Source: an uncultured Chitinophagaceae bacterium (lineage in GTDB: Bacteria; Bacteroidota; Bacteroidia; Chitinophagales; Chitinophagaceae). From it: a DNA stretch of 64,000 nucleotides. Of this stretch, positions 18,629-29,835 are shown piece after piece (the first letter of the stretch is position 1; each line of letters starts with the position of its first letter). A program made the translations under genes and the position numbers. The stretch spans positions 381,849 through 445,848 of the forward strand of contig CAWFYG010000005.1 in the NCBI GenBank assembly GCA_963819925.1. The letters are read 5' to 3'. The notes beneath the pieces were generated by a model. It did not search any database and was not told the DNA's origin. It saw only the letters and a list, made by a program, of their open reading frames with translations.

Positions 18629-19204
18629 TTACAAATTTAAGATAGAAATTATTTCATTTTTCGATTGTAACATTTCCATCAACTTTGAACGGATGCGATA
18701 CAGTTTTATCTTAACATTATTCTCTTTAATTCCCATTATTTCGGCAATGTCCCTCAGCGGAAGTTCCTCATAATAATACAGCGCAACGATCACCTGGTCG
18801 TCCGGCGAAAGCCGGTGAATTGTATCTTTCATCAATACCCTGATCTCTTTAAGATCAATCTTTTCATCAAGAGAATGGGTTTCTGTTTCACTTTGTTCGG
18901 TATCGCCTTCAGTGATTTCCTTATACCATTTGCCTTTATTCTTTTTTACAGTATCCACGGCGTGATTGTAGGCAATTCTGTATAACCACGTGGCAAATGC
19001 GGCCTGGTTATTATAGCTTCTCAAAGATCGGTAGCACTTGAGAAAAATCTCCTGGGCTGCATCTTCGGCTTCCTCTCTATTGCCGGTTATTTTTAGCGCA
19101 AGGGTATACACCATGTTCTGATACTTTTCTACCAGGAACTTAAAAGCCCCCGTATCGCCGTCCAATATGCGATTGATGTAGATAGTATCGGTATTATTTT
19201 TCAA
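18629..19204 (-). CDS. ECF RNA polymerase sigma factor
   Basis: Region 2 (AEDAAQEIFLK, FATWLYRIAYN) and region 4 (LYYYEELPLRDIAEIMGIKENNVKIKLYR); TTG start. Confidence 0.93.
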   Translation of the reverse strand: MKNNTDTIYINRILDGDTGAFKFLVEKYQNMVYTLALKITGNREEAEDAAQEIFLKCYRSLRSYNNQAAFATWLYRIAYNHAVDTVKKNKGKWYKEITEGDTEQSETETHSLDEKIDLKEIRVLMKDTIHRLSPDDQVIVALYYYEELPLRDIAEIMGIKENNVKIKLYRIRSKLMEMLQSKNEIISILNL

Positions 19205-19212
19205 GCTCCTTA

Positions 19213-19294
19213 TTTGACTGTTAAACGGCCTTTTTGGTTACAACATTTTCAACTTTAAAAAAGATGTAACCAACACTGCAAAGTTTTCGTCAAA
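19213..19294. promoter_or_regulatory. Back-to-back ECF-type promoters TGTAACC-N16-(C/A)GTCAAA
   Basis: Minus strand: TGTAACC 19242-19236 and AGTCAAA 19219-19213. Plus strand: TGTAACC 19265-19271 and CGTCAAA 19288-19294. Both spacers are 16 nt. Confidence 0.75.
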
Positions 19295-19332
19295 GTATAC
19301 AGTATATCAAATTACAATTTAAAAATCATTTT

Positions 19333-19680
19333 ATGGACACAGTTATCTTTAATGTTTTAATAGTTTTTGGAACCCTTTTCGGAATTATTTATGTTGCTAT
19401 TTCTTCAAGAACAAGAGTAAGGCTGGCACTCATTGAAAAGGGGGCCGAAGCTTCCATCTTTAATTCCAAATCTGCCTCAAAATCGAACGTATTCTCCATT
19501 ATATTGGTTAATATTTCGCTGTTGCTTGTATCCATCGGTATCGGAATTTTTCTTGCGGCCATATTGCATCAATCGTTTAATGTAGAAGAGTCGGTGGCTT
19601 ACCCGGGAACGATCTTCACTGTGGCAGGAATAGGTCTTTTCGTCGGATATTTAGTGTCATCAAAAATTGGAAACGAATAG
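19333..19680 (+). CDS. DUF6249-like small membrane protein
   Basis: TM, then RxRLALIEKGAEASIF, then SIGIGIFLA and a further TM; divergent from the ECF sigma, a common Bacteroidota layout. Confidence 0.7.
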   Translation: MDTVIFNVLIVFGTLFGIIYVAISSRTRVRLALIEKGAEASIFNSKSASKSNVFSIILVNISLLLVSIGIGIFLAAILHQSFNVEESVAYPGTIFTVAGIGLFVGYLVSSKIGNE

Positions 19681-19744
19681 CCGGTACACCAGATTTGCAT
19701 GTAGGGTTTTTTGTTATGTTCAAAATCAATCTTATTATTTCCAG

Positions 19745-19777
19745 GATAAGCCAGCCGCAGACCAGGGCTGGCTTATC
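19745..19777. terminator. 12-bp stem-loop
   Basis: GATAAGCCAGCC / GGCTGGCTTATC perfect inverted repeat with 9-nt loop; no clear U-tract. Confidence 0.45.
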
Positions 19778-19982
19778 TGCTCTAAATTAGTATGCTTCAT
19801 TGAAGACAATCTTTCAGTTTTTCCCGTCAAGTTCATACGTAGGAGAGGTGTGGAACCTGCTTTGACGAGGCTTTCATTAAAAATAGGTAAATTTAATCCG
19901 GGTATTCACTGTGGCATTGATGTGAATCGCCTACGGCTTGTCTTTGTTCGTTGAGTACGCCAACCCTATTATAGTACATTTT

Positions 19983-21812
19983 ATGAGCAAAACATCTTCA
20001 CGACCCGGAATGGGCGCAATACCTTATTCGGACAATAATGATAACGGAATCACCTTCAGAGTATGGGCTCATTTGGCCACGCAGGTTTGTGTTAGCGGAA
20101 CGTTTAATGCGTGGTCATCGGACAAGCACCCGTTATATCCGGAAGGAAATGGGTATTGGTCGGCAGATGTGCCGGGGGCTAAAATAAACGACCGTTACCG
20201 GTATGTAATACACAGCGATTTTTTACAAAGCCCGCAATGGCGCACCGATCCTTATTGTAAAAGCGTACAGAATAATGATACGAGTGATGGCGGTATTGTT
20301 GTGGATAATTTTAACTGGGTCGATGACAACTTTACTTTCCCTCCATGGAATGAATTGGTTATTTATGAATTGCATGTATCTTCTTTTAACAGGAACGCTA
20401 CTACACCCGGTGACTTTAGTTCTATCATTGAGAAATTAGGTTATCTCCAATCTCTCGGAATAAATGCAATAGAAATAATGCCCATTTTTGGCTTCCCCGG
20501 AGATTATTCGTTGGGCTATAACCCGGCCTTCCCATTTGATATTGAAAGCAACTATGGCACTCCATCCGGATTTAAACATTTTATTAAAGCGGCGCATAGA
20601 AACGGAATAGCGGTTATACTCGATATTGTTATAAATCATTTTGGACCTGATGATCTCGATTCATCCTTGCGGAGATTAGACGGCTGGTATGAAAATGATA
20701 AAAGCGGCATGTATTTTTATAATGATTGGCGCTCCGAGACTACGTTTGGTGACAGACCGGATTTTGGCCGCGGCGAGGTTCGCCAGTATTTACGTGATAA
20801 TGTGCTGATGTGGCTGGAAGAATACAGGGTGGATGGTTTGCGGTTTGATTCAACAGTGAACATCCGGAATGTGAAAGGAAAGAATGATGATCCTTCCAAT
20901 GATTTGCGCGAAGGATGGAGCCTGATGCAATGGATAAATAACGAAGTTGATACCAAAACGGGCTGGAAGTTAACCATAGCAGAGGATTTGCAGGACAACG
21001 AATGGATCACCAGGGAGACTGCTTCGGGTGGCGCTGGTTTCGGCTCGCAGTGGGATGCTTACTATTATTGGAAAATCTTTAATGCAATAGTAACACCAAA
21101 CGATGTCGACCGAAATATGTTGGATGTAAGAGATGCACTTGAGCATCGTTTTGAAACAGACATTTGTAAAAGGATTGTATTCATCAACAATCATGATCAA
21201 TGTGCTGCCATAAATAATAACTTCCGGTTGCCCGACCGCATTTGGATGGGGCACGCAGATAGTTGGCTTACTCGAAAACGTTACACGCTGGCTGCTTCGA
21301 TTGTATTTACAACACCCGGCATACCCATGCTATTCCAGGGGGATGAATTTTTAGAATGGGGAAACTGGGATCCTGCCGGTACGCTTGATTGGAATAAAAG
21401 AAATCAATTTTCGGGAATTTGGAGTTTGTATCAGTCCTTAATTCATCTCCGGAGGAACTGGTTTAATAATTCAGCCGGGTTAAGAGGCCAGCATATAAAT
21501 GTGTTCCATATTAACAATAAGGATAAAGTGATTGCATATCACCGGTGGCAAAATGGCGGCCCGGGTGATGATGTAGTTGTTGTTGCAAATTTCGCTAATA
21601 CATCTTACAATAGTTACACAGTAGGATTTCCTAAAGAAGGTGCGTGGTATGTTCGTTTTAACAGTGACTGGGATGGATACTCGGATGACTTCGGCAATCA
21701 GCCCGGGTACGATGCTACTGCAGAACCCGCTGCAGGCGGAGCTATTGATGGATTGCCCTTTACGGGAAATATAGGAGTAGGGCCTTACTCCGCAATTATT
21801 TTATCACAATAA
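19983..21812 (+). CDS. GH13 glycoside hydrolase with CBM48 (branching-enzyme / trehalohydrolase-like)
   Basis: FRVWA (CBM48), IYELHV, NAIEIMP, LGYNP, DIVINH, GLRFD, TIAED, NNHD, PMLFQG; start placed at ATG 19983. Confidence 0.9.
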   Translation: MSKTSSRPGMGAIPYSDNNDNGITFRVWAHLATQVCVSGTFNAWSSDKHPLYPEGNGYWSADVPGAKINDRYRYVIHSDFLQSPQWRTDPYCKSVQNNDTSDGGIVVDNFNWVDDNFTFPPWNELVIYELHVSSFNRNATTPGDFSSIIEKLGYLQSLGINAIEIMPIFGFPGDYSLGYNPAFPFDIESNYGTPSGFKHFIKAAHRNGIAVILDIVINHFGPDDLDSSLRRLDGWYENDKSGMYFYNDWRSETTFGDRPDFGRGEVRQYLRDNVLMWLEEYRVDGLRFDSTVNIRNVKGKNDDPSNDLREGWSLMQWINNEVDTKTGWKLTIAEDLQDNEWITRETASGGAGFGSQWDAYYYWKIFNAIVTPNDVDRNMLDVRDALEHRFETDICKRIVFINNHDQCAAINNNFRLPDRIWMGHADSWLTRKRYTLAASIVFTTPGIPMLFQGDEFLEWGNWDPAGTLDWNKRNQFSGIWSLYQSLIHLRRNWFNNSAGLRGQHINVFHINNKDKVIAYHRWQNGGPGDDVVVVANFANTSYNSYTVGFPKEGAWYVRFNSDWDGYSDDFGNQPGYDATAEPAAGGAIDGLPFTGNIGVGPYSAIILSQ

Positions 21813-22045
21813 GTAAAACAGTGGAATGCAATTGACGGGTTTTATTCTTTAATTGCTCTACTATTAAAATATGGCTGATAGGACTTTTCGTTTATGCGTT
21901 TTGAGTTAACCCGTCGCTGAAATTGTAATTCTTTCTTTCAAATTCTTACTGTTTGCCTTCTTGAAGATGCAACACTTCTATTTAGATTGATTGTAGTATG
22001 AGTAGTGCAGCAGAAAAGAAAGGCAAGTTTTAAATGAATATCATA

Positions 22046-22240
22046 TCAGTTGTGTACTAATAAAGCATAATATGCTTTCTCTGCTTTTTCATATTCTCTT
22101 CTAGCCTGCGCCAATTTGGTTGCGTGTATATTTCCGGAGATTCTTGATAACTCCGCGAGCTCAATTTCGCAATCAAGATAACGGGCATACTTTTCAAGCA
22201 CTCTGTTTTTTAGCTCCGTAATTTGTTCCATGCTAATCAT
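22046..22240 (-). CDS. Small hypothetical helical protein
   Basis: 64-aa ORF with amphipathic, coiled-coil-like composition in an otherwise empty 880-nt gap. Confidence 0.4.
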   Translation of the reverse strand: MISMEQITELKNRVLEKYARYLDCEIELAELSRISGNIHATKLAQARREYEKAEKAYYALLVHN

Positions 22241-22696
22241 CAGTTCAAGAATATAATTAATGTAAATGCATTTTTTATGCCAGTTAATTTAAAGTCGGTA
22301 TTTTATGCTGTCGCGATTGTGTTTTGAGCGTGATGAAACTTATAAATATTTTATTAATTACTATTATTACTAATATATTCCAAAGAAAAGAATGCTCTAA
22401 AACAGGTTAGCTTGTTGAATAACTTTCAGACGGATTAATGCTTGCCAGAAAGGTTTATGATAAAACACTTAACGGTAAGATTTTTTATATCTTTTGTTTA
22501 AAACTAAGAATGGAATTTGGCTTATCAGGGAAAACGAAACATGCACATCGATAATTACAGTTCGATCCACCCTAACAGACAGTATTTGAATTTAATTTTA
22601 ATTGTGAACCTCGTATCTATTGTAATAAGGTTGCTTTTAAAAAAACCTTTAGTTAAATTAGGGGAACGATATGCAGTAATCCCCTAAATTTTTTTT

Positions 22697-25060
22697 ATGA
22701 AGCAGTTCTTATCTGGTTTACTGAGATCCACTTCCCAGTTATCAAAAACAATCTGGCTTTTTTTCCCGGGAATCATTTTTTTAATTTTTTCCATTTTCGT
22801 TTTCTGGACACTCGGGCAGGGCAAGGACATCATTGTTGCTTTTACCGAAAACACATCCAAAACAATTTTTTCATTAAACTATACCCGTATTATATTTTTT
22901 GTTGCTATAGGTTTTTGGGCGTATGTGAGCTGGTATTCTTCAAGAATTATTTCTTATATAAAAAAGACGAGACAGAAAGATGACGTACAGGCGATTTCCG
23001 GAGTTGATAGCGAAACTGCCGAACAAGAATATACAGATCGATATAAATTTTTTGAAGTTGGCAAAAATTTTCTTGACCAGTTTCCACGTCTTATTGGCAA
23101 TTGCTGTTTACTGGTGCTGGAACTGGCGGTACTTCAATCACCGGTTTTGTTGCATATGATTAGTTCCACGACGGCATGGATTTCTTTCCTTATTTCATTG
23201 ATCGCTATTCGCTACCTGGATAAATGGTTCAACGATAAACTTGCAATGAAACCGTTTTTCAGAAAATTATTCAATGTACTGTTGATTATATTAATTGCTC
23301 TTATAATCGTTACCAGCCTGTTTCCTAAAATTTCTATACTGACCCTGTTTGGATTGCTGTTGATATTTCATGTCGTTTTTATTTTATACACCAATCTTCG
23401 CAGGGTGCGAATGGAAAAAAAAGCGCAAAAGTTATTGCTTGCCCAAAAACAGGAAGAGAAAAAACCAAGCATGCTGGAAAAGTTGATGGATTATTTCTGT
23501 ATTCCAAGAAAGGAGATTGGATATTTTAAATGGTTTTTGATTATCGGCACAAGCGGAATTGTTTTGTATGTCGCTTCCATCATGTGGCTTTCATTTGCAA
23601 GAAACATAGGCCCTTTTCCTTTTATTATTCTTGCGTTTGGCGTGTTGCTCGCTTTCGGAAATATAGTTGCGGCTTTCTCAGTAAAGTATAAAGTAAATTT
23701 TCATTTTATTCTTTTCATATTAGCGTTTATTCTGGGCTTTGGTGAAACGCATTATGTCAGGACTATCGCTCTGCCAACAAACAATTATCAATCCAGGCCT
23801 GATTTAAAAACCTACCTAACGGCATGGGTACACGACAGAAATATCGCGGCGCTTTCTGACTCAGCGAAGTATGATGTGTATTTTGTAATGTCTAACGGTG
23901 GCGCATCACGCTCCGGTTACTGGACGTCAGGCGTTTTGGGAAGAATGGAAGATGCCTCTTTAATGCATGATAAAAACAACCGGTTCTCTGATCATGTTTT
24001 TTGCGTTTCAGGAACTTCAGGCGGTGGAGTAGGAGTGGCAACTTTTTTTTCTTTACTTAGAGATAAGGAATTACATACTGACCCGCTGTATGCAAAATCT
24101 GCAAAAGCATTTTTAAAACAGGATTATTTCACTTATACGTTTGCAAGAATGCTTGGCCCTGATTTCTTCAATTATATATTTCATGTAAGCGCTGCGAAAG
24201 ACAGAGCTGCAGCTTTGGAGATGTCTTTCGAAGAATCTTCACGTAATACGGAAGATAGTGCCTACCAGGTTCCCTTTTATGATATGCTATCACAATTTCC
24301 TGCTATGAAAGATGGCAAAATTTATTTGCCCATACTGTTTGTAAACACCACCCGGATGCAGGATGGTAATCCCGGAATAGTAACCAACCTTAAACCCGAT
24401 TCAGGGATTTATAATGAAAGAATTGATGTGCTGAACCTGCTAAAGGGTAATAAGGATATCAGCCTGACATCTGGTGCAATTCTCGGCGCAAGATTTCCTT
24501 ATTTAAGCCCTGCGGGAAGAATAGCTAATAGCTATTTTGTAGATGGTGGCTATTTTGATAACTCCGGTGCCGGCGTTATCCAGGAAACCATACGGGGTAT
24601 TTTGAATATTGAAAAAGAAGATAGTATGGCTAACGGTTCACTGTACCCGCAAATTAAAAAGCTCAGGTTTATGGTGCTGCATATTGTAAATAGTCCCGTT
24701 GAGGAAGATTCCAGCAGCATAGTAAAAGTTCCTCCTATTAAAAATGATTTACTGAGCCCTATTCTTACTATAGAAGGAGCTTATGATATGCAAACTACAG
24801 TGAATGACTTCAGACTTATTAGTTATATTAGTGATATTGATAAATTCGGAGGCCACGAGGCGAAATATAACAGGATCTCTTTGTATGAAGACTCAGCCGA
24901 ATGGAGCCACGATCCATTGCGTTTAAGGTTCGATGAAGAGCCATCGTATGCAATGAACTGGTTTATCTCGGATACTTTATTGCGACGAATTGATAATCGC
25001 TTAATTCAAAATCCACAATTAAATAATCTTATCGATTCTTTTGAAAAGAGGAGCCCATGA
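22697..25060 (+). CDS. Multi-TM membrane protein with patatin/cPLA2-like phospholipase domain
   Basis: About 8 hydrophobic segments, then SNGGASRSG (oxyanion), GTSGG (nucleophile Ser), ARFPYLSP, VDGGYFDNSG. Confidence 0.8.
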   Translation: MKQFLSGLLRSTSQLSKTIWLFFPGIIFLIFSIFVFWTLGQGKDIIVAFTENTSKTIFSLNYTRIIFFVAIGFWAYVSWYSSRIISYIKKTRQKDDVQAISGVDSETAEQEYTDRYKFFEVGKNFLDQFPRLIGNCCLLVLELAVLQSPVLLHMISSTTAWISFLISLIAIRYLDKWFNDKLAMKPFFRKLFNVLLIILIALIIVTSLFPKISILTLFGLLLIFHVVFILYTNLRRVRMEKKAQKLLLAQKQEEKKPSMLEKLMDYFCIPRKEIGYFKWFLIIGTSGIVLYVASIMWLSFARNIGPFPFIILAFGVLLAFGNIVAAFSVKYKVNFHFILFILAFILGFGETHYVRTIALPTNNYQSRPDLKTYLTAWVHDRNIAALSDSAKYDVYFVMSNGGASRSGYWTSGVLGRMEDASLMHDKNNRFSDHVFCVSGTSGGGVGVATFFSLLRDKELHTDPLYAKSAKAFLKQDYFTYTFARMLGPDFFNYIFHVSAAKDRAAALEMSFEESSRNTEDSAYQVPFYDMLSQFPAMKDGKIYLPILFVNTTRMQDGNPGIVTNLKPDSGIYNERIDVLNLLKGNKDISLTSGAILGARFPYLSPAGRIANSYFVDGGYFDNSGAGVIQETIRGILNIEKEDSMANGSLYPQIKKLRFMVLHIVNSPVEEDSSSIVKVPPIKNDLLSPILTIEGAYDMQTTVNDFRLISYISDIDKFGGHEAKYNRISLYEDSAEWSHDPLRLRFDEEPSYAMNWFISDTLLRRIDNRLIQNPQLNNLIDSFEKRSP

Positions 25061-25074
25061 GTCAATAGGCTTAA

Positions 25075-25882
25075 TTAACAGGAATTGCTTTTTTTACAAT
25101 TCAATTGTTGAATGAGAGCCGCAATTTTATTATTATAGTTAAATAGTTGCTCTCCCTTTTGACCAAGTATCCGAAAGATTAATCCGTTAACAGGAAGCGA
25201 AGAAATTCCAAATGTGATGTTATCAACTCCTGATAATAATCGTTTACCTTCTTCAGCAATTTTTTCCATATTCAATTGAATCATCGATAAATAAAAGTGT
25301 TGACTGGTGTGTGTATCCTTCTAACTGGCCGATGGCATGAATATTTCTTTTTGCGGGTTCAAGCAAAACATTTTCTCTCACAACGAGTTTTTTATTAAGA
25401 TAAACATTGGTAATATTTTGAAAACTGGTAAACTTAAATTCCTCGCCGCTTAATTTTCTTCCGCAGGTTATTATCTCGCTCCAGGTGAGATGATGGTTGG
25501 TGCTTAAATAAATATTATTGAGAGATGAAAAGCCTGATGCTGCGTGCGGTACATTCGGATGCGGCAAAAAGATCAATGAGCCATTATTTCCAATACGTAC
25601 ATTCATTGACTGGCTTGCTGTATCAGTCATGGTGAAGAGCCGTTGATAACCTTGCGTAGTCAAATGGACCTGCGCATTTTCTTCAACGTTAATTTCAATT
25701 TTATAATGATCATTGTTTAAAATTCCGGGAGAAGAGCTGGTGATCATAAGCCGTAACAGTCCGTCAGACTTGTTCTCCGTAATGTTGGCCAGTTTGAAGG
25801 GTTGTTTGTAAAAACATTCTTTCAAAAAAGTTCCTTCATTTTTGTAACCTGCTACTATATGTAAATGTTTGTTCAACGACAT
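25075..25882 (-). CDS. ureD: Urease accessory protein UreD (one frameshift near 25270)
   Basis: [34 protein letters not shown]; the C-terminal part (GLIFRILG...EQL) continues in another frame; last gene of the ure cluster. Confidence 0.88.
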
Positions 25883-26511
25883 AGCAGAGGTTCTTCAATT
25901 TCTTCAATCAACGCAAATTTTTTTATCCACCCAATTACTCTATCCAATCCTTCACCTTCCATAAGATTTGTGAAAACAAACGGATTACCTTTGCGCATTT
26001 TTCTTGCGTCAAGTTCCATTACAGCAAGATCCGCGTGTACATAAGGAGCAAGGTCAATTTTGTTGATTACTAATAAATCACTTCTTGTAATTCCCGGTCC
26101 GCCCTTGCGTGGAATCTTATCGCCTTCGGCAACATCAATAACAAATATCGTGACATCAGCAAGATCAGGGCTAAAAGTTGCTGAGAGATTATCGCCGCCA
26201 CTTTCAATAAAAATTATTTGAACCCCAGGAATGCGTTTTGCCATTTCATCCACTGCTTCTAAATTCATACTGGCATCTTCACGGATCGCTGTGTGTGGAC
26301 AGCCGCCGGTTTCTACTCCAATAATTCGTTCTGCCGAAAGCAAACTGTTTTTCGTAAGAAACTCTGCATCTTCTTTTGTGTAAATATCATTCGTGATAAC
26401 AGCAATGCTGTAATCATTATGCATAGTTCTTGTCAATTTTTCTATTAACGCAGTTTTGCCGGAGCCAACGGGACCAGCGATGCCAATTTTTATATAATTT
26501 CTTTCTCCCAT
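25873..26511 (-). CDS. ureG: Urease accessory GTPase UreG
   Basis: [33 protein letters not shown]; start ATG 26511. Confidence 0.97.
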   Translation of the reverse strand: MGERNYIKIGIAGPVGSGKTALIEKLTRTMHNDYSIAVITNDIYTKEDAEFLTKNSLLSAERIIGVETGGCPHTAIREDASMNLEAVDEMAKRIPGVQIIFIESGGDNLSATFSPDLADVTIFVIDVAEGDKIPRKGGPGITRSDLLVINKIDLAPYVHADLAVMELDARKMRKGNPFVFTNLMEGEGLDRVIGWIKKFALIEEIEEPLLCR

Positions 26512-26512
26512 T

Positions 26513-27202
26513 TTAAGACATATATAACCGTGAATACAATTCTTCATGCTGCATGCAACGTATATCAAATCCTGCGCAGCAAAAGCCTATCATTTCTTCA
26601 TCGGGTGATAAACTTTGTTGCACCAGTTCATTGATTAAAGGAAACAAAGACATCAATATTTCCTGTCCATCCTGCTGGCCTAAGGGAATGAGCTTTACTG
26701 CATTGGTAACAAAACCCGTTGCCGCGTTATAATAAAATGCAGTGAGCGCTTCCTTTTTGTCAATATTCATTGCGTGCGATAATAAACCAAATACGATACA
26801 ATAATGACCAAATGCTTGTTCGCCAAGAATATATTCTTTATACTTTTTAAGCAAAATAAATGCGTCATTCTGTTCAAATATTTTTAAAAGACGACTGCCT
26901 AATTTATTACTGGCGAGCCTCATTTCTTTCGGCAGTTTAACAGCAGAACAAATATTATCTAATGCTACAATTGCTTTCACGTCGTTGTTGCAGGCTGCGT
27001 CGTAAGTAAGTGAAAGCAATGCTGCATCTGTATAGCAAATGTTTTGTGACAGTTGCTCTATTACAAATTCTTTTGCCGATTTTTTATCATTAACTATTCC
27101 TTCTTGCACATAAGTCTCCAGCCCCGCCGAATGGGAAAATCCACCAATAGGCAAAGCCGGATCACACAAGTGTAATAAATGCAAGATGTTTGTTGAGTAC
27201 AT
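26513..27202 (-). CDS. ureF: Urease accessory protein UreF
   Basis: [36 protein letters not shown]. Confidence 0.96.
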   Translation of the reverse strand: MYSTNILHLLHLCDPALPIGGFSHSAGLETYVQEGIVNDKKSAKEFVIEQLSQNICYTDAALLSLTYDAACNNDVKAIVALDNICSAVKLPKEMRLASNKLGSRLLKIFEQNDAFILLKKYKEYILGEQAFGHYCIVFGLLSHAMNIDKKEALTAFYYNAATGFVTNAVKLIPLGQQDGQEILMSLFPLINELVQQSLSPDEEMIGFCCAGFDIRCMQHEELYSRLYMS

Positions 27203-27706
27203 TCATGAAATGGTTGTAAGCTGATTAATTTTATTTATACCGGTTACGTCTACCTGTAAATGAGGTAAGATAGTTGTGTGAAATTGCCCGTTCAGTTTTC
27301 TTTTTTCAACTTTTACCGTATGGCCTAGTGACTGCAACAAGTTGTATAATGGAACATCGTAAGGAACCAACAATTCATCACCTTCATAAAATAGCGGCAA
27401 ATGCCTGTTGCCAATTTCATAAGATATAGCCGATGCGTTAATCATATCTCCCGGTTCAATCACTATACATTTGCAAGGGTTTATTTCGACAACAACTATG
27501 TTTGTTTCATCCTGCCACAGGATGTCGCCTTCTTTTAAATCAGGATTTTCATTTAAGAATTTTATCGCGATAGTTTTGCCCTGTCTCGTTTGTTTATGCA
27601 AAATCCGCTTTCTTGTTTCGTGCCATTCAATGGACAGGATATCAATATTACGATTAAGGCTAGACGCGGAATGTATATTGCCCAGTTTTTCTTTTAAGAT
27701 GATCAT
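27203..27706 (-). CDS. ureE: Urease accessory protein UreE
   Basis: WHETRKRI, LKEGDIL, YEIGNRHLP, VPYD; position between ureC and ureF. Confidence 0.92.
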   Translation of the reverse strand: MIILKEKLGNIHSASSLNRNIDILSIEWHETRKRILHKQTRQGKTIAIKFLNENPDLKEGDILWQDETNIVVVEINPCKCIVIEPGDMINASAISYEIGNRHLPLFYEGDELLVPYDVPLYNLLQSLGHTVKVEKRKLNGQFHTTILPHLQVDVTGINKINQLTTIS

Positions 27707-27719
27707 TTTGCAAAAATGT

Positions 27720-29441
27720 TTAAAACAAAAAATACCGTTGTGCTAAAGAAACTTCACTCAAAGGTTCACAGGTAATGTGTACTCCATCTACTTTTACTTC
27801 GTAGGTTTCAGGATTTACATCTATCTGTGGTGTTTTGTTATTATGGATCAGATCTTTTTTTCCGATGTTCCTGCAATTCTTCACAGGTAATATTTCCTTT
27901 TGTAATTTATAAGCCAGCACGTTTCCATTGTCTATAGAAATTTGCGATACAAAAGTTAAACAGGTATTATGCAATGCTTTACCGTAGGCGCCAAACATGT
28001 GGCGATAAATTACAGGCTGCGGTGTAGGTATAGATGCGTTAGGATCACCCATCCTGCTTGCTATAATCATTCCGCCTTTAATGATCATTTCCGGCTTAGC
28101 CCCGAATAGTGATGGTTTCCAGAGAACAAGGTCAGCAAGTTTGCCAACTTCTACGGATCCTACATAGTCGGATATTCCATGGGTAATTGCGGGATTGATG
28201 GTATATTTTGTAACATATCTCTTCACCCTGAAATTATCGTTTTGATTTTTTTCATCCTCCGGTAAGAAGCCTCTTTGCTTTTTCATTTTGTCGGCAGTTT
28301 GCCAAGTGCGTGTTATTACTTCCGCAACACGTCCCATTGCCTGGCTGTCAGAACTCATCATACTAAAAACACCCATATCATGCAAAATATCTTCCGCAGC
28401 GATTGTTTCGGGACGAATACGGCTATCAGCAAAAGCAACGTCTTCCGGAACCGATTTATCCAAATGATGGCAGACCATGAGCATATCCAAATGTTCATCA
28501 ATTGTATTGACTGTGTAAGGCCTCGTTGGATTGGTTGACGACGGCAGAATGTTTGGATACATAGCTGCCTTTATTATATCCGGGGCATGACCACCGCCTG
28601 CACCTTCGGTATGATAGGTATGGATCGTTCTTCCTTTAATAGCATTGATGGTGTCTTCCAAAAATCCTGCTTCATTTAAAGTATCTGTATGAATGGCCAC
28701 CTGTACATCCAACGCATCCGCAACCTGCAGGGAAGCATCAATAACGGCGGGTGTTGAACCCCAGTCTTCATGTATTTTCAATCCTATTGCCCCGGCTTCA
28801 ACCTGTTCGACAAGTGGCCCGGTTGTTCCGCAATTTCCTTTACCCAGGAAACCAAGGTTCATCGGAAATGCATCTGCACTTTCCAGCATTTTTTGAATAT
28901 TCCACGCACCGGGAGTTACTGTTGTAGCATTGGTCCCATCGGCGGGACCTGTGCCGCCACCTAACATAGTAGTAATTCCACTAAACAAAGCATGATCAAT
29001 TAATTGAGGGCATATAAAATGAATATGTGAATCTATGCCACCGGCAGTAACTATCAGGCCCGCGCCACCATGCACTTCCGTAGAGGCACCAATAATCATA
29101 TTTGCGTCTACACCATCCGTTATGTCTGGATTGCCCGCTTTACCAATACCAATTATTTTTCCGTCTTTAATGCCGATGTCAGCTTTTACAATTCCCCAAT
29201 GATCTATTATTAAGGCGCTGGTGATTAAAAAATCGAGTACACCTTCACTTCTTTTTTTTCTCGATGACTGTGCCATGCCGTCACGTATGGTTTTGCCACC
29301 GCCGAATTTGTTTTCTTCACCATAAATTGTATGATCCTTTTCCACTTCAATGATAAGATCTGTGTCGCCCAGTCTTACCTTATCACCAACAGTAGGTCCA
29401 TACATATTCGCATATTTTGTCCTGTTGACATGAAGGCTCAT
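27720..29441 (-). CDS. ureC: Urease subunit alpha
   Basis: [51 protein letters not shown]. Confidence 0.99.
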   Translation of the reverse strand: MSLHVNRTKYANMYGPTVGDKVRLGDTDLIIEVEKDHTIYGEENKFGGGKTIRDGMAQSSRKKRSEGVLDFLITSALIIDHWGIVKADIGIKDGKIIGIGKAGNPDITDGVDANMIIGASTEVHGGAGLIVTAGGIDSHIHFICPQLIDHALFSGITTMLGGGTGPADGTNATTVTPGAWNIQKMLESADAFPMNLGFLGKGNCGTTGPLVEQVEAGAIGLKIHEDWGSTPAVIDASLQVADALDVQVAIHTDTLNEAGFLEDTINAIKGRTIHTYHTEGAGGGHAPDIIKAAMYPNILPSSTNPTRPYTVNTIDEHLDMLMVCHHLDKSVPEDVAFADSRIRPETIAAEDILHDMGVFSMMSSDSQAMGRVAEVITRTWQTADKMKKQRGFLPEDEKNQNDNFRVKRYVTKYTINPAITHGISDYVGSVEVGKLADLVLWKPSLFGAKPEMIIKGGMIIASRMGDPNASIPTPQPVIYRHMFGAYGKALHNTCLTFVSQISIDNGNVLAYKLQKEILPVKNCRNIGKKDLIHNNKTPQIDVNPETYEVKVDGVHITCEPLSEVSLAQRYFLF

Positions 29442-29812
29442 GCTTTTTTATTTTTAAAATTTAAAGAGGATAATTTACTCAGCGCTTTTTCCTTAACTGC
29501 TTCATCCGTTATATTTCCATCAACAAGATTATTGATGCTGAATATTTTTTTGTTGCCACCGATTGCTACCAGTTCCACTTCTTTTTCTTCACCCGGCTCA
29601 AAGCGAACAGCAGTTCCTGCTGCAATATTTAACCGCATGCCAAATGCTTTCTCCCGGTCAAATTCCAGTTGCCTGTTTATTTCAAAAAAATGAAAGTGCG
29701 AACCGATTTGCACGGGCCGGTCGCCAGTGTTAACCACAGCAACAGTAACAGTGTCGCGTCCGACATTGCATTCAATATCTTTTGTTCCAACAAAATATTC
29801 TCCTGGTATCAT
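29438..29812 (-). CDS. ureB: Urease subunit beta
   Basis: [32 protein letters not shown]. Confidence 0.98.
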   Translation of the reverse strand: MIPGEYFVGTKDIECNVGRDTVTVAVVNTGDRPVQIGSHFHFFEINRQLEFDREKAFGMRLNIAAGTAVRFEPGEEKEVELVAIGGNKKIFSINNLVDGNITDEAVKEKALSKLSSLNFKNKKA

Positions 29813-29835
29813 TATTCTTGATTTTTAATTACCAA

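Noticed and set aside
19667-19982. 95-aa plus-strand ORF and the extended GH13 start at 19938
   Set aside because: The ORF crosses a strong hairpin and has no recognisable features; ATG 19983 is the more plausible GH13 start
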